Part shown: in pieces, positions 1-12,099 of the stretch
Layout: every line of letters begins with the position of its first letter
Position numbering within the stretch: position 1 is the first letter of the stretch
Assembly (NCBI RefSeq): GCF_001194135.2
Contig: NC_068983.1
Location: 142,416,195-142,479,552 of the forward strand
Length of the DNA: 63,358 nucleotides
Reading direction: 5' to 3'
From: Octopus bimaculoides
Lineage: Eukaryota
The notes under the pieces: model-generated
What the model saw: the letters and a program-made list of their open reading frames with translations, nothing else
What the model was told of the DNA's origin: nothing
Databases searched by the model: none
Made by a program: the position numbers and the translations under genes

Positions 1-155
1 ATATATATATATATATATATATACACTTACAAACATACATACACCACCCCACACACACACACAGGTATACATGTATACATACATACACACAGATACACTC
101 ATCCACACACCTATATACCCATACACACATACATACATACATACATACATACATA
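1..155. repeat. Compound microsatellite (TA)n/(CA)n/(TACA)n
   Basis: Directly visible simple repeats. Similar tracts flank nearly every N-gap in the window. Confidence 0.95.
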
Positions 156-1447
156 GGACCTGATTTCTCTTTCGTCCTAACCCCTGAAAAAGAAAATTAT
201 TCAAATCAAAATTGAACCATAAATATTAAGTTTGCTTGCAAAAACGGATTTTCACCGGGAGTTAGAACCACAAATCTCTGGCAGACGTTGTAAGGTGAGA
301 AAAGAGTTTTGTGAATCAAGTGATATTAGCGATGGAATTCATCGTTTAAAATTCTCTACAGTTATCTTGCTCAGTAAAAATCTTTAATTATTTCTTGAAT
401 ATGTTTTCTATTCCATTGTAAATTCTATTCACATTACTATTCATATTAAATGTCAATTTTGGTGATACATTGTTTGACTTCTTTTTGTAATTTGATTTCC
501 ACTTAGATACTGCTTCTCCCAATTACTCCTTGCGCACATGTCACCCCACACTGACAGTCCTCGTAGAACACAATTCACAGCCTCTGTTTTCTACAACTTT
601 TAGTGTTAGTTCTGAAGAATTTAGCACGTTGAAAACATGGACACGTAATTTTAGATCACTCACCCTGCTAAGCTTTTGGAAAGGAGTTTTAACTAGAATT
701 ATTAGGGCTCATTAAATAGTTCTAATCTGCTATTCAATATCTTTGTTATTGTCGATTACTTACGTATAACGATTTCACATACTCCAAAATGCTTCAAGCA
801 AACTACAGCATCCATATATATATATATGCATGAGTGTACTGATAAATATATATNNNNNNNNNNNNNNNNNNNNNNNNNNNNNNNNNNNNNNNNNNNNNNN
901 NNNNNNNNNNNNNNNNNNNNNNNNNNNNNNNNNNNNNNNNNNNNNNNNNNNNNNNNNNNNNNNNNNNNNNNNNNNNNNNNNNNNNNNNNNNNNNNNNNNN
1001 NNNNNNNNNNNNNNNNNNNNNNNNNNNNNNNNNNNNNNNNNNNNNNNNNNNNNNNNNNNNNNNNNNNNNNNNNNNNNNNNNNNNNNNNNNNNNNNNNNNN
1101 NNNNNNNNNNNNNNNNNNNNNNNNNNNNNNNNNNNNNNNNNNNNNNNNNNNNNNNNNNNNNNNNNNNNNNNNNNNNNNNNNNNNNNNNNNNNNNNNNNNN
1201 NNNNNNNNNNNNNNNNNNNNNNNNNNNNNNNNNNNNNNNNNNNNNNNNNNNNNNNNNNNNNNNNNNNNNNNNNNNNNNNNNNNNNNNNNNNNNNNNNNNN
1301 NNNNNNNNNNNNNNNNNNNNNNNNNNNNNNNNNNNNNNNNNNNNNNNNNNNNNNNNNNNNNNNNNNNNNNNNNNNNNNNNNNNNNNNNNNNNNNNNNNNN
1401 NNNNNNNNNNNNNNNNNNNNNNNNNNNNNNNNNNNNNNNNNNNNNNN

Positions 1448-1483
<36 letters not shown>

Positions 1484-1556
1484 GTGTATATATACATATA
1501 TATGTGTGTGTGTGTATATATATAGATATATATGTGTATGTATATATACATATATA

Positions 1557-2105
1557 ACGAAACATTGATCATAGAACAAACATCAAATTCGAGTCAACGA
1601 TTTTATATATAACACCATACCTCCAAACATTTGATCATATAAAAATATTACCATGGTTCTTAAACATATAAAGTATATATATGCAAAAAACACAGATGAA
1701 AACATATATGCGAATAAAAATACAGATATATAAAACGGCCTTTCAAAAAGGTATATACAATCGTCTAAAAATTCTAGAGCGTGTCATGCTACTAAAACTC
1801 TAAATGAAATAAAATAGTGGATTGATATTTAATTTTATTTTATCTAGGTTTATTTTATTTAGATTTTTAGTAGCATGACACGCTCTAGAATTTTTAGTCG
1901 ATTGTATATACTCTTTTGATAGACAGTTCTATATATCTGTATTTTTATTCGCATATATATCTTTACCTTCTGTGTATTTTATATACGTATACTTTATATG
2001 CTTAAGAACCATGGTAATATTTTTATATGATCAAATGTTTGGAGGTCTGGTGTTATATAAGTCGTTGACTCGAATTTGATGTTTGTTTTATGATCAATGT
2101 TTCTG
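1557..2105. mobile_element. Foldback/MITE-like palindrome, ~255-bp arms and ~35-bp spacer
   Basis: Left arm GAAACATTGATCATAGAACAAACATCAAATTCGAGTCAACGA... is the reverse complement of the right arm ...TCGTTGACTCGAATTTGATGTTTGTTTTATGATCAATGTTTC. Pairing continues inward to about 1815/1850. The right end is CTG|TA, a Tc1/mariner-type terminus. Confidence 0.8.
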
Positions 2106-2198
2106 TATCTTTGTCTCAATTACATTTGAGCACTTCTTTTTTGCAGGCCTATAAACCCTTTTGCTTTCAAAGAAAGAGACAAAAATTATTTCTTGTCG

Positions 2199-2246
<48 letters not shown>

Positions 2247-2252
2247 ATTTAT

Positions 2253-2390
2253 GGCCATGCTGGAGCACCGCCTTTAGTCGAGCAAATCGACCCCAAGACT
2301 TATTCTTTGTAAGCCTAGTACTTATTCTATCGGTCTGTTTTGCCGAACCGCTAAGTTACGGGGACGTAAACACACCAGCATCGGTTGTCA
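2253..2390 (-). mobile_element. tRNA-derived SINE family A, 3' domain (runs into gap)
   Basis: Near-identical to 52533-52670 and to the reverse complement of 54170-54310. Confidence 0.9.
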
Positions 2391-4182
2391 NNNNNNNNNN
2401 NNNNNNNNNNNNNNNNNNNNNNNNNNNNNNNNNNNNNNNNNNNNNNNNNNNNNNNNNNNNNNNNNNNNNNNNNNNNNNNNNNNNNNNNNNNNNNNNNNNN
2501 NNNNNNNNNNNNNNNNNNNNNNNNNNNNNNNNNNNNNNNNNNNNNNNNNNNNNNNNNNNNNNNNNNNNNNNNNNNNNNNNNNNNNNNNNNNNNNNNNNNN
2601 NNNNNNNNNNNNNNNNNNNNNNNNNNNNNNNNNNNNNNNNNNNNNNNNNNNNNNNNNNNNNNNNNNNNNNNNNNNNNNNNNNNNNNNNNNNNNNNNNNNN
2701 NNNNNNNNNNNNNNNNNNNNNNNNNNNNNNNNNNNNNNNNNNNNNNNNNNNNNNNNNNNNNNNNNNNNNNNNNNNNNNNNNNNNNNNNNNNNNNNNNNNN
2801 NNNNNNNNNNNNNNNNNNNNNNNNNNNNNNNNNNNNNNNNNNNNNNNNNNNNNNNNNNNNNNNNNNNNNNNNNNNNNNNNNNNNNNNNNNNNNNNNNNNN
2901 NNNNNNNNNNNNNNNNNNNNNNNNNNNNNNNNNNNNNNNNNNNNNNNNNNNNNNNNNNNNNNNNNNNNNNNNNNNNNNNNNNNNNNNNNNNNNNNNNNNN
3001 NNNNNNNNNNNNNNNNNNNNNNNNNNNNNNNNNNNNNNNNNNNNNNNNNNNNNNNNNNNNNNNNNNNNNNNNNNNNNNNNNNNNNNNNNNNNNNNNNNNN
3101 NNNNNNNNNNNNNNNATATATATATATATATATATACATAAATATACATACACACACACATATGTATAAAAAAGCTTCACGCATTAATGGAAGTCAGATC
3201 GATGGTACACGTGTCTCATCTACCTGTAAAACGCTCATTTCAACTGTTTGTAAATCCTTTGCACGCACACACACACGCACGCACATACGCACACATACAC
3301 ACATTCACACGCTCAGACACACACACGCACGCACGCACACACGCACACACACGCGCGCACATAAGCATGTGTGTATGTGTGTGTGTATGTATGTATGTAC
3401 GTATGTATGTATGTGTGTAGGTATGTATGTATGTATTTATGTATATATGTATATTTAAACACACATAGAGGGAACAGTGTGTGTAGCATAAATGAAAAAT
3501 GTAGCGAGCAAAATTGAGAGAGGAGAGCGATTTTTCTCCTTCTCCAGACAAAAACATTGATGTTTTCAGACGAAATACTTGACATACATTGAAGAATTGC
3601 AATTTTCTGACTCACTGTTACATTCATGTATGCATCTACGTATGTATAATTGCATACAAATACACGCAGCCACTCACAAACTCACACATACACACAAACT
3701 TTCTGTTTCATTCTCTCGCACACTCTCTTACTCGCGCTCACTCTATCTCTCTCTATCTCTCTCTCTCTCTATCTCTCTCTCTCTCACTCTCTCTCTCTCT
3801 CTCTCTNNNNNNNNNNNNNNNNNNNNNNNNNNNNNNNNNNNNNNNNNNNNNNNNNNNNNNNNNNNNNNNNNNNNNNNNNNNNNNNNNNNNNNNNNNNNNN
3901 NNNNNNNNNNNNNNNNNNNNNNNNNNNNNNNNNNNNNNNNNNNNNNNNNNNNNNNNNNNNNNNNNNNNNNNNNNNNNNNNNNNNNNNNNNNNNNNNNNNN
4001 NNNNNNNNNNNNNNNNNNNNNNNNNNNNNNNNNNNNNNNNNNNNNNNNNNNNNNNNNNNNNNNNNNNNNNNNNNNNNNNNNNNNNNNNNNNNNNNNNNNN
4101 NNNNNNNNNNNNNNNNNNNNNNNNNNNNNNNNNNNNNNNNNNNNNNNNNNNNNNNNNNNNNNNNNNNNNNNNNATATATATA

Positions 4183-5438
4183 CAGGTGTTGGACAGAATA
4201 ATAGAAACACCTTAAAATTTCAAGCAAATTTATTTTAATATGAGGTAGGACCGCCTCTGGCAGTAATTACAGCTTGAATTCTACGAGGTAAGGACTCGTA
4301 CAAATTTTGAATTGTTTCAAAAGGAATTTTTGTCCATTCTTCAGCTAAAACAGTCTCCAATTTTTGTAGTGATGATGGTGGAAGATATCGACTCCTAACT
4401 TGTTTTTCTAAAATGCACCACAAATGTTGAATAATATTGAGATCTGGGGACTGTGGTGGCCAAATAAGATGTTCAACTTCACTAGAATGTTCCTCGTGTC
4501 ATTCAGTAATAACTTTAGCAGTGTGAATTGGTGCATTATCATCTTGAAAGATTGTGTTTCCCTCTAGAAACAGTTCCGGAACCTTAGGATAAATTTGATC
4601 AGATAAAAGGCTTAAATGGTCTTGACTATTAATTCTGCCGTGAAGGGAAAGCATTGGACCGGCGGATTTCCAAGATATAGCTCCCTCTAGATCGTCACAG
4701 ATTCTCCTCTATGTTTAACAATTGGAAGAAGGTAGTCTGGGTCAAATGCTTCTTTTGGCTGTCTCCACACGTATACTCAGCCGGTGGTCGAAAATAATGT
4801 AAAGGATGACTCGTCCGGGGAAAGAACATTCTTCAACTGCTTTAGGGACCAATCCTGTAGGCTTTTACTTTACTCTAAACGCTTTGAAACATTTGCTTTC
4901 GAAAGTAGTGGTTTTCAGATTGCAGCCCTTCCGTGAAATCCTGCTTTGTGCAGCTCCCGATAAACAGTGTTTGTGGAAACTGGCTTCTAGGGGTGGTCAT
5001 TAAGCTGTACTTTTGTGATCCTTTCTAACAATTCGCGTAAGACTCTCACGGTCCCTATCTGAAGGTTTTGGTTTTCTTCCGGAGTTTTCTTTCGACGAGG
5101 AGGCTTTTCCCTCTTTCTCAAAGGCTGTCATTACTTTTGAGGCAGTACTTCTTGATATACCAAACATTTCGGATGTTTTCGTTACGCTAGCGCCTGCCCT
5201 ACGAGCACTAACAATTTGACTGCTTTGAAAGTCCGATAAATCTATCAGTTTAATGAATTTGAATTACCTTTTTCTGATGATATCAGAAAAGCTACAGCAA
5301 TTTTAGCAAAACATATTAAGCAACACTAATAATAAATCAAAAAAGCATAAAAGTAAACAAGCTTTTGACGGTTTTATAGATATTTTAAAATTATGATGCT
5401 ATGATGCAAAGTGTTTCAGTTATTTTGTCCAACCCCTG
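4183..5438 (-). mobile_element. Full-length (1256 bp) decayed Tc1 transposon
   Basis: 28-bp TIRs CAGGTGTTGGACAGAATAATAGAAACAC / CAGGGGTTGGACAAAATAACTGAAACAC, TA on both sides, internal transposase remnant. Confidence 0.93.
4235..5250 (-). pseudogene. Tc1 transposase, frameshifted
   Basis: N-terminal DLSDFQSSQIVSARRAGASVTKT; C-terminal WPPQSPDLNIIQHLW...SLPRRIQAVITARGGPTSY*. Confidence 0.9.
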
Positions 5439-6164
5439 TANNNNNNNNNNNNNNNNNNNNNNNNNNNNNNNNNNNNNNNNNNNNNNNNNNNNNNNNNNNN
5501 NNNNNNNNNNNNNNNNNNNNNNNNNNNNNNNNNNNNNNNNNNNNNNNNNNNNNNNNNNNNNNNNNNNNNNNNNNNNNNNNNNNNNNNNNNNNNNNNNNNN
5601 NNNNNNNNNNNNNNNNNNNNNNNNNNNNNNNNNNNNNNNNNNNNNNNNNNNNNNNNNNNNNNNNNNNNNNNNNNNNNNNNNNNNNNNNNNNNNNNNNNNN
5701 NNNNNNNNNNNNNNNNNNNNNNNNNNNNNNNNNNNNNNNNNNNNNNNNNNNNNNNNNNNNNNNNNNNNNNNNNNNNNNNNNNNNNNNNNNNNNNNNNNNN
5801 NNNNNNNNNNNNNNNNNNNNNNNNNNNNNNNNNNNNNNNNNNNNNNNNNNNNNNNNNNNNNNNNNNNNNNNNNNNNNNNNNNNNNTTATTTCAGTAATAG
5901 CAGCATATATTTTATTGAACTTAATGGTTGAATAACCATCACGAAGAATTGTCACAGACCATAGACGTGTGTGTTTGTATATATAAGGAGAGTGCTCTAT
6001 ATGTTTATATGTAATTATTTTTGAAGTAGTTGTGTGCTGTCAACTTAATGTGACAGTCCCATGAAGGGAATAATACTACTGTTGTTTAGACCTAGGAAGC
6101 TGCACCGCTTCCTGTCGGCCTTGACACATTTCCTGTGTCCTTATGTTTACAAGGAGGAGACAAG

Positions 6165-6229
6165 CAGCTAAACCTGCATCCAGAGACATGTTTCTGAGTC
6201 TTTGCTCGTCATCAGTCTGCTCTTAGCTG
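6165..6229 (-). ncRNA. Type I hammerhead ribozyme motif, probably within a Penelope-like LTR or retrozyme-type repeat
   Basis: Minus strand reads CAGCUAAGAG-CAGA-CUGAUGA-CGAG-CAAAGA-CUCA-GAAA-CAUGUC^-UCUG-GAUGCAGGU-UUAGCUG. The core is intact, stem III is palindromic (ACAUGU) and stem I is extended with an internal loop. One C.A mismatch at the base of stem II. Confidence 0.72.
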
Positions 6230-6872
6230 TGAAGATTTAGAAATGTATTATTTGTACTTATTTTTGTTTTAAGTTAATTGAATTCTTTCTATAAAAGTGC
6301 TTGGTTTCTGACAAAGAAGCAGAGATTCATCACTGGTTTTCGAAACAATCAATAGGATTTATTGATATATGTTTCAACGTGTTTGAGCATTTATATGTAT
6401 GTATATGAACATAAGTATATGTGTGTGTGTATATATATACACACAGATGTACGTATATATGTATGCATTTGTACAGATATATGCAAAATGAGCACCCACT
6501 TACTCATTGTTCGTAAACATCTCGTGTGTTCCTAAGTTCAGAACACAGATTTAGTGGTAAGACGGTTTGACGTCTATTTTTAGCATACAAGGAATCCATA
6601 GAGTGATCTCTCATATTGTTTATGTTTAAAACTTATTATTTCGGAAAAATGCTTAAACAGCACTGAAATTTCATGGCTTCCATCGAATGGGGTTTATGAC
6701 GTTTATAATAATATTACCACGTGAACCAGAAATGTAATCAAAAGCCGTTTCTGCATTTGTCGTTCACAAAGGTTTTTAAGTGAAAGGACATAAAGATAAG
6801 CATTTACTTCAAACTTTCATTTCACATTTCAAAAATATTCAGACAATGGATATTCAAAAGAAAACCAAGCTC

Positions 6873-6928
6873 GGTTTACCAGCAGATGATTGGTTTACCA
6901 GCAGATGATTGGTTTACCAGCAAATGAT
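6873..6928. repeat. 19-bp tandem repeat x3 (GGTTTACCAGCAGATGATT)
   Basis: Visible directly, next to the truncated end of a LINE fragment. Confidence 0.9.
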
Positions 6929-6944
6929 CAGAGCAACTCTGAAT

Positions 6945-7590
6945 ACTGGAAGTCATGTATAGGCACAGTTTGTGACATATCATTCCAGGATCGACTTTAT
7001 CGAAGGTCTTTTTTTCAAAGTCGAGATATATCACTTATACATTTGAGTGGTTGAGCAACTGTTTCAACAACCAGTCATAGTGATGTAAGAGCTCAGTCAG
7101 GCAGCTTCTTCCTGGTCGGAAACCATATTGGGTGTCAGTCAGCAAGTCATTTTCTTCAAGGAAGGTGATTAGTTTTCTTCTCCCTATTCGTTCCATGACT
7201 TTGTTGATGTGCGAGGTCAGAAGGATACGTGTGTAGTTTTTGGCCTCTGCTACCTCCTTTATGAATATTTGACCCTCCTTCAGCTTGCTTGGAAGTTTGC
7301 CATTGCAAGGAACCTCTGAAAGAGGGACTGCATTGGTCTTGCTAGGACTCGCTTACATGCTTTTAGAAGGATTGCTGGGAATCCATCAGAGCCAGTAAGT
7401 GGATTTGGGTTCATTTCATCTATAGCCCTTATTACATCGTCTTATTTTATATTGATGTAATCAATCATCACTGCCTCTGTTTTTATATCTGCAGCGGTAA
7501 AAAAAAGTCAGCTGGATTGATGACTTGCAAGTGTCCTAGGGGTAGACTGAAAATACTTTTGAATTGCTCATTTAGTATTTCACTTATCTT
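6945..7590 (-). mobile_element. CR1-like LINE ORF2 fragment (pre-RT linker to RT domain 3)
   Basis: Minus strand gives ISEILNEQFKSIFS...; 6965-7200 aligns by eye with the RT-encoding copy at 47285-47518. Confidence 0.85.
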
Positions 7591-8099
7591 CATTGGGATA
7601 TATATATATATATATATATANNNNNNNNNNNNNNNNNNNNNNNNNNNNNNNNNNNNNNNNNNNNNNNNNNNNNNNNNNNNNNNNNNNNNNNNNNNNNNNN
7701 NNNNNNNNNNNNNNNNNNNNNNNNNNNNNNNNNNNNNNNNNNNNNNNNNNNNNNNNNNNNNNNNNNNNNNNNNNNNNNNNNNNNNNNNNNNNNNNNNNNN
7801 NNNNNNNNNNNNNNNNNNNNNNNNNNNNNNNNNNNNNNNNNNNNNNNNNNNNNNNNNNNNNNNNNNNNNNNNNNNNNNNNNNNNNNNNNNNNNNNNNNNN
7901 NNNNNNNNNNNNNNNNNNNNNNNNNNNNNNNNNNNNNNNNNNNNNNNNNNNNNNNNNNNNNNNNNNNNNNNNNNNNNNNNNNNNNNNNNNNNNNNNNNNN
8001 NNNNNNNNNNNNNNNNNNNNNNNNNNNCATGTGTATGAGGTCTTCGTAAGAAGCAGTACTTCATAAAAATCTATTGCTTTATTTTCAATTTAATCAATC

Positions 8100-8600
8100 T
8101 AATCCCTTTAAGAATAGTTTCTTAGCTATTGTTCAGAAAGATTTCAAATAGTATTCGAAAGGTCAAACAGCTCCTATTGACTGCCACTCGGTTCTCTTTT
8201 GTTAATTTGACAGCAAACGCGGCACAAATTTTGTGACATGATGCATCTTCAATTTTTCTCTTAATTTTATGTGACATTTTTTATACACATCACTATTTCT
8301 TCAGAAACTTTATAGTCAGGAGACAATTTTTTGCGGCTCGCATCGTGCACTTTCGTCCGTGAAATGTGGAAGTTCGTCCAGATTTTGGCAAGTCGTCACT
8401 GAATCTCCTTGCAGATTTAAAACGTGTGTTACAACTCGGGACACGTGATATTGAGATAACCAAGACAAACATTGAGACGTGTAACAGTGTTCCTCATAGA
8501 CCTCTCACAAGGTTAGAAAAATCTTGGCTTCTTTTTTTCTTTTCATTTGAAACAGATTTTCACACAAACGCACTACTCTTCCAAATCCTTCTTTGTTCAA
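8100..8600 (-). mobile_element. Heavily decayed mariner transposase N-terminal half
   Basis: Minus-strand remnants CVKICFK*, SDDLPKSGRTST and KFVPRLLS resemble mariner CVKFCFK, DDPRSGRPST and WVPRxL. Confidence 0.62.
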
Positions 8601-9480
8601 CTTAGGACAAATTGGCGTGTGCGCTAAACGTATGCTCGTATAAATCAATGACCGTATAGAACTGACATGGTGTTGGGTAGCTATAAGTAGATTCAAAGTC
8701 AAGGTCATCTATAAGCATCACTGCAGTCACGAGCACACTGCGCTGGCTGGTTGGTAAACTAGTTTAAAAGTTTGGTTTCTTTTGGGATACACATATATAA
8801 CGCAGCTATTACGAAATGACAATAAAAAGAAACACATTCTATTGATACTTCTCAATGCTGAGTGGGAAAAATCTCTTTGTCGACACTTTGATTTCAACGA
8901 TTAGGTGTTTATGGTTAACTACACAGAAAGACAAGTGTATGTGAACTTATTGATTATATGTGCATGCACTTATATTTATTGAAGAAAATATACACGTCTT
9001 TCTTTTTCTTTCTCGCTTCTTTTGTTCCTTTACATTCATTAATTGTGCTTTCATGACTCCTAACCCATTAGCTATAATCTGTTTCTAGAATCCCATGTTA
9101 AATATGTAAGTATATTAATTATTTCCTTCTGCTACATTTAATACATTGTTGATTCGACACTTTGGATATTCGAATGTTACAGATATTTCACCGTTATAGA
9201 TCTGTGTATTGTGCCATCGTTAGGAAATTGTTTATTACTGATTTCAATACTGAGCTCTGCTTTGCGCACATTCGGAAGTTACTGATAGATATTTGACTAT
9301 TGCTGATATATGAATCTCTATGAAATTTCAAAAGATTTTATATACTTTCTAAATGTATTGATTATTGGGTTTTTTGATTTAATTTTTGGTTGATAATTTA
9401 ATAATCTGATTAAGTAAATACGCACATGCATATGTATGGGTGTGTGCGCGCGCACGCATGTATGTATGTATGCATGCATG

Positions 9481-9692
9481 TTATTATTCAATTTTATTTC
9501 AAGATGTCTTGCCAATAAAGAATGAGCCGGTTTCTAATCGAGATCCAAGGCTCCTTCATTGGAGTTTCAACATCAATAACAGGGTATGTATGTATGTATG
9601 TATGTATGTATGTATGTATGTATGTATGTATGTGTGTTTGTATATGTATGTATGTATGTGTGTATGTATATGTATGTATGTATGTGTGCATG

Positions 9693-9724
<32 letters not shown>

Positions 9725-9861
9725 TGTATGCATGTATGTGTGTATGTATATGTATGTATGTATGCATGTATGTGTGTATGTATATGTATGTATGTATGTG
9801 TGCATGTATATGTATGTANNNNNNNNNNATGCATGTATGTGTGTATGTATATGTATGTATG

Positions 9862-9893
<32 letters not shown>

Positions 9894-10690
9894 TGCATGT
9901 ATGTGTGTATGTATATGTATGTATGTATATGTATGTATGTATGTATATGTATGTATGTATGTATGTATACGTGCAGATTTGTTTGTTTTGTTTTATGTAT
10001 GTCTTCTCATGCATATACTTACATATCTAGACATGCTCATATATACTTAAATGATAAACTTCTGGAAAGTTTTTGATGGAGTTTCTCATTACGTTCTGGA
10101 AAGTTTTACAGATTTTTACAGTTCCAGTGTTGGATTGGATCTGTAGTCTTCAAATCAGCTTTCTCCTTTCTGGTTTTGAGAAGATTGGTATTCGGCAGTG
10201 TGTTAAATATCCCAGTGCCCCAGTAATTACAGGTATAAACCTGAACTCGTAATCTGAATGGAGTAACTCTCAATAGTTCAGCGTAGGTATTTTCTCACTG
10301 GAACTTTAGCAAGTTGAAGGGCTTCTAGCATCCATGAGTGGGGAACAGAGTCAAAGGCCTTCTTGTAGTCTAGCCAAATTGAAACTAGGTTCCTTCTATC
10401 CTCCCGCATAACTGACATTACAGGTTTGTTTATTAACAATTGCTCGGCACATCGCCAGACTCCTTTCTTCCCAGCTACTCATTCTGCTGTGACGATGTTA
10501 TTGCTTTCACAATGGTCTTGGAGAGAAGAGGTTTAAATATGCTGTATATATGTTATACATTAAGTTCTGGCATGCAATTGGCCAGTAGTTTTTGCCATGT
10601 GGGTGGTTCTGCATTTGGGGATCAGTTTTGTCTCTGCCAACTAGTGTGATATGCTACTGTTCCCACTAAGAGCTTGTCGGTACAGGGTAA
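9481..10690 (-). mobile_element. Internally deleted R4/Dong-like RLE retrotransposon with 3' UTR
   Basis: RT remnant ...NLVSIWLDYKKAFDSVPHSWMLEALQLAKVP is joined near 10296 to RLE C-terminus YAELLR...YEFRFIPVITGALGY...KTFQKFII* (stop 10047-10049). The 3' UTR holds a (TACA)n tract and ends in AATAATAA. Confidence 0.8.
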
Positions 10691-11469
10691 GATATGTATG
10701 TATATATGTATATATGATGACAGTACTCTTCTCTTTTTACTTTTAAGCAAGATCTATTACGGTGTAGAGAAAAAGCCTGTGATGACCGTTCTATTGGTTA
10801 TATAAAGTGGTTTAAAAAATATTGGGACGAAATTCACCCCAATTTAATCAACTTGCGGGCACATTGTGGTGTGGTGGTTACCCCTACAACACACTTGGAG
10901 ATAGAGAAACTAGGGTCTATCGTCAAATTTTTGCAGTTGTATGTATCTGTCGTGGATATGAATATATTAACTACTAGTGAGCAACATTTCGTATAAAGAA
11001 CATGTGAAGAAACAGATTGTATATATGTGCGTATGTACGCGCGTGGTGTTCCTTTTTACCCACGTAAATGAGTGTATCGAGTTGTACCCCTTTATATAAA
11101 AAACGTAACTTAGTTGTACATAATTTTTGTCTGTCAGTTCACTCACTCGTCATTGGTAAGACTGGGACTATCGTACAAGGTAAATAGGCCAATGTATGGT
11201 GCAGTACAATAAAATTTCTTAATCACAAAACCATGGTTTACATAATCAATAGTCTTGTACGTTGTAATTTTTACATTTACATGTGTCTGATAAAGGTATA
11301 TTTAAATAGGGCACGGAATATAGTTTAATATATCGAAACTTCACTGTATTGCATCATTCTCATTGTGTTAGGTTTTGTATTTTTCTATGTTGAATGACAT
11401 TGCAAAAACTTATTCGTGTGTATGTGTGTGTTTATATGAGTAATATGAATGTACGTATATAAACATATA

Positions 11470-11950
11470 CAGAACTCAGGACGAGCGGTTTTGGTCAACG
11501 CAGGATTGGCAAGTTGGTGGTTTGGCTCTGCTGTCACTTTTGCTGCGGCATTTCGATAATTTTAGTCACAGTTCACAATACAATTCACTATTCTGCGCTT
11601 CCTCTCTGTGAATTTTGCCTTCCATCCAGAATTATGCTTGCCACACCTGCTTTTATCTTTTTTATTTAATGCCAACATGATTCGAAAGACTACCTCTCGA
11701 AACAGTAAGCAATTCCTCAGTTTTTGTGACTGAAACTCCAGCTATCCGTGCTTCAACAATTTGCCTTCTTTGAAAATCAGGTAGGTCACACATTTTACCT
11801 TACAAGGATATGAATATCCGCAAAAATTAGAAAGACGGAGGCCCTATATTAGAATGTACGTAGCATTCATAATGCCAATAAATATATATACAGACTAGAG
11901 AAAAAAATTGTCAAATAAAGTGGTATTTCCATCATTTTGTCCAACCCCTG
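11470..11950 (-). mobile_element. Tc1 5' fragment (one TIR plus transposase N-terminus)
   Basis: TIR ...ATTTTGTCCAACCCCTG|TA matches the 5438 end. ATG at 11793 gives MCDLPDFQRRQIVEARIAGVSVTKT. Confidence 0.85.
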
Positions 11951-12099
11951 TACGTACATACATACATATGTATGCATACGGTGACAGAGAGAGTAGTAAG
12001 AGACTTGCCTACAGATTGATCGGTGGTTCGTATCCTATCACGAAAAATGCACTCCTTCTTTTGGTGTCTCTTTCTAGTACGCACAGCCACTGGGATTGG

